Shown: positions 1 to 7,285 of the stretch, piece after piece
How the letters are laid out: each line of letters begins with the position of its first letter
Position numbering within the stretch: the first letter of the stretch is position 1
DNA from: Myxococcota bacterium
GTDB taxonomy: Bacteria; Myxococcota_A; UBA796; GCA-2862545
Length of the DNA: 12,187 nt
Direction: 5' to 3'
NCBI GenBank assembly: GCA_039208735.1
Contig: JBCCQY010000218.1
Coordinates: 1-12,187 of the forward strand
The notes under the pieces: model-generated
Database searches by the model: none
What the model saw: the letters and a program-made list of their open reading frames with translations, nothing else
What the model was told of the DNA's origin: nothing
Translations under genes and position numbers: made by a program

Positions 1-485
1 ATAAAGAGCCCGAATAGCAAAACGATCCAGACCGTCGATTCACCCCAGCTTGTGATCGACCAGCTGCCGAGCGACATTTTGCCGGCATCGGCGGCGCTTG
101 CCCAGGCCTCGGTCGGGCCTCCCGGATTGGAGGGAAAGAACATGCGCTCGCCGTGCATTGGCGACGTCGTCGTGACCAATGGATCGATGCCTCGCGACCG
201 GGCCTCCTCCCAAATCGTCAGCGCGATGGCCCGGTCCAGTTCAGCGATGTGCAAGTGCCCAGGCTTCTGGAGATCATCGACGAAGGTGCCGTTCGCGGTG
301 ACAAGCGGCAGGGCCAAGGGCAAATCGAAGCGCTCCCGCACGCTCACCACGCTGCGGGCCGTGGCGATGGTGAAGCACAACCCCCGCTCGAGCAGGGCCC
401 TTAGGCTTGCCCGAGTCGTCGGGGACAACTGCCCTTCACGGTCGAGCAGCGTACCGTCGAGATCGGAGACATACAGCGTAGACAT
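1..485 (-). CDS. Cof-type HAD-IIB family hydrolase, 3'-partial (absent from the ORF track); last ~40 codons resemble a sodium:solute symporter fragment
   Basis: Manual translation from ATG at 485: MSTLYVSDLDGTLLDREGQLSPTTRASLRALLERGLCFTIATARSVVSVRERFDLPLALPLVTANG... HAD motif I (DLDGT), motif II (ATAR) and the Cof-type 'PLVTANG' are present. The frame is open to base 1. The start lies 9 nt after the upstream TAA (495-497). Confidence 0.88.
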   Translation of the reverse strand, partial: MSTLYVSDLDGTLLDREGQLSPTTRASLRALLERGLCFTIATARSVVSVRERFDLPLALPLVTANGTFVDDLQKPGHLHIAELDRAIALTIWEEARSRGIDPLVTTTSPMHGERMFFPSNPGGPTEAWASAADAGKMSLGSWSITSWGESTVWIVLLFGLF

Positions 486-494
486 GCGGAGCCC

Positions 495-1382
495 TTACCT
501 CTCGGCGGGAACTCCGTCCTCTGCGTCAAGGGATTGAAGCGCCAAACGCGTCATCTCGGCCACGAACCTCGACCGCTTCCAATGGTCGGGCGCCCAACCC
601 GCCATGAACCGCTCGAAGTCGGCCCAAGCGTGAGGCCAAACGGGCCGCCATGCCGCTTCGAGGTGAGGCCTTTCGAGCCGCGCGAAATAGTGGTCGAGCC
701 AGAGGTCCGCGTCGCGGAACAACGCCTCCTCATCGAGGCAACTGCCGAGAAAGTACGCCACGTCCTTCAAACCGCAGCCCCCTCCCACATACTGAAAGTC
801 GACCGCGGCCACACCCGCCGCCCCAAAGCAGAAATTGGCGACCTTCGCATCGCCATGCACCAACGTCAGCGGAACGCCAGCCAACCGCCGGTCGAGGTGG
901 CCCGCCGCCGCCTTGAGGGGCCCTTCGTCCATCCCTTGCCACTCGTCCGGCCGCGTCTCGAGGTGCCGGTAGGTGCCGATGGGCCACAGTCCCTCGGGGG
1001 ATTGCCCTTCGAACGCGCGGTGGAAGACGGCCAACCAATCGAGGCATGCCGCAATGGCATCTGAACCGAGCGATCCAGGGCCTTTCGCCCGCTTCGGAAA
1101 GCCCGCCGCATCGAGATCTTCGAGCACAAAGCACCCCGGCTCGATCGACCAAGCCCGGGCGACCCGAGCCTCTACCCGGGGGGCAAAGGTCGTGTAAAAC
1201 GAAGCTTCCACCTCATACGAGCGGTGTTTACGGGCCTGGGACCGGTCACTGTCCCATCCACGCGGATGCCCCTGCGCAGGCGGTTCAACCACCTTGACGA
1301 TCACGGTGGGCACGGGGCCGTTGACCAACGCGTAGCGTGCGATCTCACCCCAACCGCTCCAAAGCGACTGGAGACGCTCCAC
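495..1382 (-). CDS. APH/choline kinase/EcKinase-like phosphotransferase; true start possibly CTG at 1445
   Basis: Catalytic loop LVHGDAKVANF, Mg-binding VDFQYVGGG, DVAYF; N-terminal QSLWSGWG, VIVK and HPRGW...RKHRSYEVE signatures typical of this kinase subfamily. Confidence 0.9.
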   Translation of the reverse strand: MERLQSLWSGWGEIARYALVNGPVPTVIVKVVEPPAQGHPRGWDSDRSQARKHRSYEVEASFYTTFAPRVEARVARAWSIEPGCFVLEDLDAAGFPKRAKGPGSLGSDAIAACLDWLAVFHRAFEGQSPEGLWPIGTYRHLETRPDEWQGMDEGPLKAAAGHLDRRLAGVPLTLVHGDAKVANFCFGAAGVAAVDFQYVGGGCGLKDVAYFLGSCLDEEALFRDADLWLDHYFARLERPHLEAAWRPVWPHAWADFERFMAGWAPDHWKRSRFVAEMTRLALQSLDAEDGVPAER

Positions 1383-1441
1383 CCGATGCGCCGTACGCGC
1401 GCCGGTCGCCGCAACAATCCGAGCGATGAGGTCGGATGGCG

Positions 1442-2830
1442 TCAGTTGACGATCTCGTCGACGACCACCGCGGGCAGGCCCGTATGGGACGTCTCTCCAG
1501 GCGGAAGCTCACGAGGCAAGCGAACCACAAATGTGGTGCCCTCACCAAGCTTCGACTCCAACGCAATGTCGCCGTTCATCATGTCGACAAACCGCCGCAC
1601 CAGCGCCAACCCGAGCCCCGTTCCGCCGTACCGCTGGGTCGTCGAACTCGGGCCTTGCACAAATGGGCTGAAAATCTCGGTCAGCACCTCGGGCGCGATC
1701 CCCATTCCAGTATCGCGAACCGTCAGCATCACCTCGTCATCCTGGGCGTCGAGCCCGACACGAATCTTACCCTCTGACGTGAATTTGCAGGCGTTGACCA
1801 CCAGGTTGAAGAGGACCTGACGGAATTTGGTTCGGTCCACGCAGATGAGGCAGGGCCCCGAAACCACCTGGAGGTCGATCGCATTGCCTTGTTGAGCGGC
1901 CATCGGGCCAAGCATCTCGACCACTTCGTTCACCACCGTGATCGCGTCGAAGTACTCCGCATGCATCGACATCCTGCCTGCCTCGATCCTTGAAATGTCG
2001 AGGATGTTCGAAATCAGGACCAACAAGTGATGTCCGGCCTCCCGGATGCGTTGCACATCCGTGGCATGCGTCGCATCGATGGTTGACCCCATTTCAAGAC
2101 TTTCTTCGAGCAACTCGGCGTAGCCGATGATTCCGTTGAGAGGGGTGCGCAGCTCGTGCGACATCGCAGCCAGAAACTGGTTCTTCGCCTGTGAAGCGGC
2201 TTCGGCTGTCAATCGCAGCTCTCGCTCCCGCTCACCGGCGCGCTGCAACCGTCGCGTCATCGCGACTTGAAGGGTCTGAGTCACCGAAGCGGTGGCGGCC
2301 AGCAACAGCAGTACCATGCCGATGGAGAACAAGAACGTGGGAGGGAGCAGTTCGGTCTGCACCTCATCTGGAACGAAGAAACCGAGGTACGCAAGTCCCA
2401 AAAGCTGGACGAGACACAGTAGCCAGGTGGTTCGTGCACGCGCGGTAAAGGCGCACACCGTCATGGGCACCACCAGAAACACGAGGTGCGACCGCACGCC
2501 ATCGAGCACCAGGGGCGTGCCTAACGCCACGAAGGTGATGAGCCCTGCGGTCAGGATGGCCGCTTCCTCAATCCGCGCGCGACGCGCCAAGAGAATGGAC
2601 CCGGCGTAGGTCAGCTGGGCAAGCGCCAATCCGACCGCGACCCCCACCGGGTATTGCGTCGTCTGGATGGTGATGGCGAAGAACAACGCGTTCATGATGC
2701 TCAGGACCATCAGGATCCAGAGCAACAACCGGCCTTTTGCCTTGGTGTAATGGTCTTCGGAGCTGACCGTAAAGAATGCATTCCAAGGGGGTCGGGAACC
2801 CACAGAGTGGTCACTGGAACTGGACGACAT
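1442..2830 (-). CDS. Membrane-bound sensor histidine kinase (about 5-6 TM helices, HisKA, HATPase_c), no receiver domain
   Basis: H-box FLAAMSHELRTPLNGIIGY, N-box QVLFNLVVNACKFT, G1 VRDTGMGI, F-box IFSPFVQ, G2 GGTGLGLAL; hydrophobic N-terminal half. ATG at 2830 (GGGGA upstream) preferred over the track start at 2878. Confidence 0.95.
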   Translation of the reverse strand: MSSSSSDHSVGSRPPWNAFFTVSSEDHYTKAKGRLLLWILMVLSIMNALFFAITIQTTQYPVGVAVGLALAQLTYAGSILLARRARIEEAAILTAGLITFVALGTPLVLDGVRSHLVFLVVPMTVCAFTARARTTWLLCLVQLLGLAYLGFFVPDEVQTELLPPTFLFSIGMVLLLLAATASVTQTLQVAMTRRLQRAGERERELRLTAEAASQAKNQFLAAMSHELRTPLNGIIGYAELLEESLEMGSTIDATHATDVQRIREAGHHLLVLISNILDISRIEAGRMSMHAEYFDAITVVNEVVEMLGPMAAQQGNAIDLQVVSGPCLICVDRTKFRQVLFNLVVNACKFTSEGKIRVGLDAQDDEVMLTVRDTGMGIAPEVLTEIFSPFVQGPSSTTQRYGGTGLGLALVRRFVDMMNGDIALESKLGEGTTFVVRLPRELPPGETSHTGLPAVVVDEIVN

Positions 2831-2978
2831 GAGATCCCCGCACGCTACACGACGCCGTTTTACCCGAGGCTCCCCCAATCCACAAACCCTCGGCCAAGGG
2901 CAAGGCGCTCAACTCTCGCCTGGTCGCGCCGATGGTGACTCAGGCCGTGGAGCGAGGACTCGACCACGAGGAGATGAC

Positions 2979-3560
2979 GTGCGGCAACTCGGTCTTTTGT
3001 TCGCCATCGCATGTGGCCCCAAGCTGCCAGGAACGACGGCCCCGGCCTCGGCGACAGACCTTGGTCTTGTCGCTGACCAGGTTGTGGACCAGCTTCCGGC
3101 CTGGCCGGGGTTCGACGAGTTCAAGGCGCCACCGCATATCGTCGTGCTTCCTACCGAGAACCGGACGAAATTCGACTTCGATACCAAGCTTGCAACGTCG
3201 AAGCTCGTGAATGGTCTCATCGGAGTTTCAGGGGCGCGCTTCGACATCGTCGATCCCGAAACGTGGAGCGCCCGGCAAGCTCCTCCAAAGAAGGGGGCTC
3301 CCGAACCCAAGCCCGACGAAGGGCAGGCCCCGGTTGCGGACGCCGCCCCCTCCGCACCTCCCCCGCCCAAGCCCATGTTGTTGTTGCTCCATTCCGAAGT
3401 CCAGTCGACGGGAACGGACTCGGGCGACGGTCGGCCCGCGGTCAACGTCCTCGTCACCTATCGCCTGGTCGAGTCGGATTCGGCGCGTGCGATCTGGGCA
3501 TGGACCGAAGAGTGGACCAAAGCCAAGGGCGAACAAGGCTACGAGCTGGTCCAGCGCTAG
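2979..3560 (+). CDS. Lipoprotein, LpoB/CsgG-like fold (penicillin-binding protein activator LpoB-like)
   Basis: GAGGAG RBS at 2968-2973, GTG at 2979; signal MRQLGLLFAIA-C. IVVLPTENRTKFDFDTK and VTYRLVESDSARAIWAWTEEWTK resemble LpoB-family strands. Internal Pro/Ala-rich linker. Confidence 0.65.
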   Translation: MRQLGLLFAIACGPKLPGTTAPASATDLGLVADQVVDQLPAWPGFDEFKAPPHIVVLPTENRTKFDFDTKLATSKLVNGLIGVSGARFDIVDPETWSARQAPPKKGAPEPKPDEGQAPVADAAPSAPPPPKPMLLLLHSEVQSTGTDSGDGRPAVNVLVTYRLVESDSARAIWAWTEEWTKAKGEQGYELVQR

Positions 3561-3585
3561 ACGTTATCGAGCCGGGGGGGCGCAC

Positions 3586-4248
3586 ATGTCATCCGGTTCG
3601 TGGGCACTGGCAGATGAAGTCAAGGACTACCTCGTTGCGATGGGGGTTCGAGAGGCGTCCGCATTAGCGGAGCTTCGGATCGCTACCGCCGACCTCGAGC
3701 AGTCCGGCATGCAGATCAGCCCCGAGCAAGGTGCGTTCATGCAGATGATCGTGCGGTTGACGGGGGCTCGCCAGATCCTCGAACTGGGGACCTTCACGGG
3801 CTACTCTGCGCTCGCGATGGCCCTGGCGTTGCCGTCCGACGGGCACATCACCTGCCTCGACACCTCCGAAGAGTGGACCACGATGGCCCGCCAACATTGG
3901 CAGGAGGCTGGCGTTGGGGACCGCATCACCTTGCACCTTGGTCCCGCCCTCGACACGCTCGACCAGTGGCTTGCCGAAGGTCGAACGAACGCCTTCGATC
4001 TAGCGTTCGTCGATGCGGACAAAGCGAATTTGCTTGCCTACCATGAACGATGCTTGCCGTTGTTGAAGCCCGGTGGGGCCATCCTCTACGACAATGTGTT
4101 GTGGGGCGGGTCGGTGGTGGACTCCAGCAACCAAAAGCCATCGACGGAAGCCATTCGAGCCCTGAACCGTACGCTGCACGCCGACGAACGCGTCGACATC
4201 GTGATGGTGCCAGTGGGGGACGGCCTCACCATCGCGAGAAAGCGGTAG
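3586..4248 (+). CDS. Class I SAM-dependent O-methyltransferase (caffeoyl-CoA OMT-like, Methyltransf_3)
   Basis: MQISPEQG, LELGTFTGYS, FDLAFVDADK, DNVLWGG and PVGDGLT motifs. ATG at 3586 follows a G-rich RBS; the longer track ORF (3211) overlaps the previous gene. Confidence 0.95.
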   Translation: MSSGSWALADEVKDYLVAMGVREASALAELRIATADLEQSGMQISPEQGAFMQMIVRLTGARQILELGTFTGYSALAMALALPSDGHITCLDTSEEWTTMARQHWQEAGVGDRITLHLGPALDTLDQWLAEGRTNAFDLAFVDADKANLLAYHERCLPLLKPGGAILYDNVLWGGSVVDSSNQKPSTEAIRALNRTLHADERVDIVMVPVGDGLTIARKR

Positions 4249-4268
4249 TTCTCGTCGGCGCGACGCGC

Positions 4269-4841
4269 CTACTCGCCTAAGTGAGCAAGGGACGGAATCA
4301 CGACATCCACCCACTTGCCGTTCCAGGGCAGTTGCTGCGTGGTTGGGTAGCATCCTTCGGGCGGCTCGCCTTCGGCACAGGGACCGGGGAGCGGCTCAGT
4401 ACGGCCGAATCGTTCGAGGTGGATCTCGATGCGTTGGGGATAGCGATGTTGGATGCACGACGTGTCCATGCCCCCTCCATAGGCCAGGCGGGCCTGCGGA
4501 ACCCCGTGTTCCATCAACGCCTCGTACACCGCGCGGGCGCGGGCGTCGGGGAGGTAGGAACGGTCGAAGTCATCGTCCGAGGTGAACACGAGGATCTTGG
4601 CGAGTCGGATCTCGGCACGTTGGTTCAGATAATTCGCCACCTCCTTGACGAGAGACAGACTCTCGGGAAGCAGGATGCTCGTGTCGGCCTGGAAGGCGAA
4701 CGGTTGCGAGACGTCGAGCCGGGTAATCTCCTCGACGTGGATTGGCCGAGTGCGGGTCGGCGCCACCTGCGGATTCGGTGGCGAAGCCAGGGTGGGTCGT
4801 GCCGCAGTACAGGCCAACAGAGCAAACGCAACCAGTCTCAA
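4269..4841 (-). CDS. OmpA-like domain lipoprotein (divergent)
   Basis: GGAGGT RBS 5 nt before TTG; signal MRLVAFALLA-C. FAFQADTSILLPESLSLVKEVANYL...LPDARARAVYEALMEHGVPQARL...RIEI follows the OmpA_C-like pattern. Confidence 0.8.
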   Translation of the reverse strand: MRLVAFALLACTAARPTLASPPNPQVAPTRTRPIHVEEITRLDVSQPFAFQADTSILLPESLSLVKEVANYLNQRAEIRLAKILVFTSDDDFDRSYLPDARARAVYEALMEHGVPQARLAYGGGMDTSCIQHRYPQRIEIHLERFGRTEPLPGPCAEGEPPEGCYPTTQQLPWNGKWVDVVIPSLAHLGE

Positions 4842-4846
4842 GGTTC

Positions 4847-4873
4847 ACCTCCGACGACAATTCCCTCGGAGGT
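4847..4873 (-). promoter_or_regulatory. Perfect 8-bp stem-loop sequestering the SD of the OmpA-like gene
   Basis: mRNA sense: ACCUCCGA-(11 nt)-UCGGAGGU-GAACC-UUG. The 5' arm is an exact anti-SD. Confidence 0.6.
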
Positions 4874-4903
4874 TGTGGGCCGTCATGGTCAAGAAAGGAG
4901 CGC

Positions 4904-4929
4904 CGACGAGGTGAAGTTCCACTTCGTCG
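4904..4929 (-). terminator. Possible terminator or stabilising hairpin downstream of the S8 gene
   Basis: CGACGAAGTG-GAACTT-CACCTCGTCG (10-bp stem, one mismatch) 11 nt after the TAG at 4941, followed by GCGCTCCTTTCTT. No immediate U-tract. Confidence 0.35.
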
Positions 4930-4940
4930 ACGCGTGCGAT

Positions 4941-5708
4941 CTAGGGCAGGTCCACGGGAACTGCGCCGTAGCCGCTGCCGTTGTACTGGTGGGCGGGGCC
5001 TGGCTCGATGCCCAACTCGGTCGAGCTGCCAAGGAAGCTGGCCGCATCGTAGCCATCGACCCGCCAACCCCCAGCCCCCAGTTGGGCGGCCAGGTTCGCA
5101 CCGGCCATCGTGGCAGGCTTATCGAGCGGTACGAGTTTGCCATCGCCGGCTGCGTCCGTGGGTTTGAACCCGAGCGGAATGCTCTTGAGCCCCGAACCAT
5201 CGAGGAAGGCAAAGGTAAAGCGCGGCACCGTGATTCCGAGCGGAATCGACTGCAGGCCGCTGCCCCCGAGGTCCAACACCGTGACCTGGACCGAAGACCC
5301 ATTGGCGTCCACCGTCTGCTGCGACAGCGTGCCAAGGTTTTGAGCCGCTCGTGGGGTAAGCACAACGCCGAGCGGAATCGACTTAAGGCCCGACCCCGAG
5401 TTGGTCACGCTGTAGCCCGCGGCGACATGTCCCTTGAGGTCGCCGTCCCAACCTTCCTGCCAGGCCCACGCGAGAAGGGCGTTTTCGGTGGCAGGGTGGT
5501 CGCGCAGCGCTCCAATGAGGGCATCGAACCCGTCGTTGGTGGTCATGGCGACCGTCGGCGAATGCCCAATCCAGGAATCCCGGGAGACCGATTCCACCGC
5601 GATCGACCAGGCAAAGGCGACCTCGTTGCCGCTTTCGTCCATGCGAGGAACGTCTTCACCGCGCAGCACGCAAACGCCATCGTCGCCGGTCCAACACCGA
5701 ACGGCCAT
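4941..5708 (-). CDS. C-terminal part of the S8 protease (frameshifted continuation) or separate downstream protein; contains 3 GSGLxSIPLG repeats
   Basis: Protein-like from ...AVRCWTGDDGVCVLRG onward, exactly where the S8 frame turns into an Arg-rich tail. An in-frame ATG exists at 5708 but lacks a clear SD. Confidence 0.7.
   Translation of the reverse strand: MAVRCWTGDDGVCVLRGEDVPRMDESGNEVAFAWSIAVESVSRDSWIGHSPTVAMTTNDGFDALIGALRDHPATENALLAWAWQEGWDGDLKGHVAAGYSVTNSGSGLKSIPLGVVLTPRAAQNLGTLSQQTVDANGSSVQVTVLDLGGSGLQSIPLGITVPRFTFAFLDGSGLKSIPLGFKPTDAAGDGKLVPLDKPATMAGANLAAQLGAGGWRVDGYDAASFLGSSTELGIEPGPAHQYNGSGYGAVPVDLP
5169..5396 (-). repeat. Three intragenic 10-aa repeats GSGL[KQ]SIPLG
   Basis: Copies at 5367-5396, 5235-5264 and 5169-5198; shared DNA core CCGAGCGGAAT (+ strand); spacings 132 and 66 nt. 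Confidence 0.9.
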
Positions 5709-7200
5709 CGCCGTTGCCCGCGATGGTCCCGAAGACATGGACCCCCTTGGCCACCCTGCCATCGGCTTCGAACGCCACCACCCGGGCCGCGGGACGCACC
5801 TCGTCCGGCTCTCCAAAGTCATGCTCGAGGAACGGCAGCATGGCGACGTAGAACGTTTCGCCCCCTTGGACCGCCCCTGGTCCGGGAAGAAGGTTCCACA
5901 GGTCGATCATCCCCGAACCTTCTCCCTTCTCGAGGGAGCCACCTTTGCCTTGGTACTGGAGGGTGGCGGAGATGTCGGCCGGTGCGATTCCGTTTTCAAG
6001 GAGCGCGGCGGCAAGTCCGCTGAGCATGGCCGCGGACTGGCTCGTGCCGGCCATCAGCCAAAGCCCCACCTGCGAAGGGTCATCCGGTGAGATGGACTCG
6101 GCGAGGATGCCATCCGCCAAACCGTTTTCGTCCACATCCTTGTCGATGTTCCCGCCCGGAGCCAGGAGCGCGATCGAGGCGCTGGCGTTGCCGTACCCGG
6201 CGCGCCCCTGGTCGAGGTAGATGGTGTCGTCGTCTCCGAGTTCCGCGGCGCCAATCGCCATGACGTGGGGGCTTGCCGCAGGCCAGCTCACCATGTCCGT
6301 CCCGCGGTTCCCCGAGGCACCGATCATGACGATGCCCGCATCGGCCGCAGCCGCGAGAGCCTCTTGGAGGGCCAGCGAAGGCCGATACTGCTCGCCGAAC
6401 GACAGGCTCATGTTGATGACATCCGCTCCATGGTCAATCGCATGCCAGATCGCTTCGATCAGCCCAAGTTCGTGGCCCTGGTTGTCGGCGTCCAGCACCT
6501 TGATGGGCATCAGCGCGACGCCAGCGGCCACGCCGCGAACCACGCCCGATGAGGCGATGATCGAGGCGATGTGAGTGCCGTGTTGATGGTCGTCGTTGGC
6601 GTGGGGGTCGTCGTTCACAAAATCGTAGGGCGCAACAATGGCGGACGACGCCAACGAGGGGGCTTGCGTATAGGCGACCCCGTCTCGAACTGCCGTCTCG
6701 TAGGCCACCCCCGTGTCGAGAACGGCCACGACGCGGTCGCCAACCGCCGGATTGGCCGGCAGCTTCATGCGGTCGTGGTGCCACTGCAAGTGATCGTAGG
6801 TCTGGCTCGCTCCGCCCGACTGTCCGGCACTCGTCGCCCCGTCCTGCACTCCCCAAATCACTCCGTTGGCCAAACTCGCCTGCACCCTGGGGTCTTGCGA
6901 GGCGGCCACGAGCCCATCGGTCGGTCCCTCGAGCAACGCGTAGCCCGACCTTCCGGGGCGCCGCAGGATGGTCAATCCATAGGTCTCCGCCAACGCATCG
7001 ATCTGGTCGGGGTCGGACAAGCGAAGCATTCGCTGCCCCGCCACGAAGTCGGAAGCAAGTTCGACGGACGGCGCCACCGATGTGGCCTCGTCCGCAACCG
7101 GGGGCAACGCAAAGCTCGCCACGGTCACCGCCGCCGGTTCGTCCTGCGGATCGGGGGCTGTGTCCGGTGGTCCCACGGGCGAGGGCTCCACGGAGGTCAC
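5656..7200 (-). CDS. Subtilisin-like S8 family serine peptidase (propeptide plus catalytic domain), truncated by a frameshift near 5705
   Basis: Catalytic triad VLDTG (Asp codon 6715-6717), HGTH (His 6580-6582), GTSQ (Ser 6040-6042); oxyanion ASGN; VINMSLS, LLAPG. Start codon uncertain. Confidence 0.93.
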   Translation of the reverse strand: MTSVEPSPVGPPDTAPDPQDEPAAVTVASFALPPVADEATSVAPSVELASDFVAGQRMLRLSDPDQIDALAETYGLTILRRPGRSGYALLEGPTDGLVAASQDPRVQASLANGVIWGVQDGATSAGQSGGASQTYDHLQWHHDRMKLPANPAVGDRVVAVLDTGVAYETAVRDGVAYTQAPSLASSAIVAPYDFVNDDPHANDDHQHGTHIASIIASSGVVRGVAAGVALMPIKVLDADNQGHELGLIEAIWHAIDHGADVINMSLSFGEQYRPSLALQEALAAAADAGIVMIGASGNRGTDMVSWPAASPHVMAIGAAELGDDDTIYLDQGRAGYGNASASIALLAPGGNIDKDVDENGLADGILAESISPDDPSQVGLWLMAGTSQSAAMLSGLAAALLENGIAPADISATLQYQGKGGSLEKGEGSGMIDLWNLLPGPGAVQGGETFYVAMLPFLEHDFGEPDEVRPAARVVAFEADGRVAKGVHVFGTIAGNGDGRSVLDRRRWRLRAAR

Positions 7201-7285
7201 ATCGGTACGCTTCCGCTCGCGTTCGGTGTTGAACCGGTGTCGCGGTGACCGAGAGCGCTACACGCATCCTCATGCTCACACGAAC

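Noticed and set aside
52..537. 161-aa + strand ORF
   Set aside because: Antisense shadow of the HAD hydrolase, which has clear motifs on the - strand.
3211..3585. N-terminal extension of the O-methyltransferase ORF
   Set aside because: Overlaps the lipoprotein gene out of frame and is Arg/Pro/Ser-rich; the family-like sequence starts at ATG 3586.
4251..4910. 11-bp inverted repeat CTCGTCGGCGC (4251-4261 and 4900-4910) flanking the OmpA-like gene
   Set aside because: Short and very GC-rich, with no recombinase or target-site duplication; plausibly chance, though its position in both flanking spacers is curious.
5169..5396. DNA repeats CCGAGCGGAAT as a possible CRISPR-like array
   Set aside because: In-frame coding repeats with synonymous variation and unequal spacing; no cas genes.
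4281..6023. 580-aa + strand ORF
   Set aside because: In codon register with the two - strand ORFs it overlaps; a typical high-GC antisense shadow with no recognisable motifs.
6434..7279. 281-aa - strand ORF overlapping the S8 gene
   Set aside because: Arg/Gly-rich out-of-frame reading of the protease gene; only its first codons may be relevant as a broken signal peptide.
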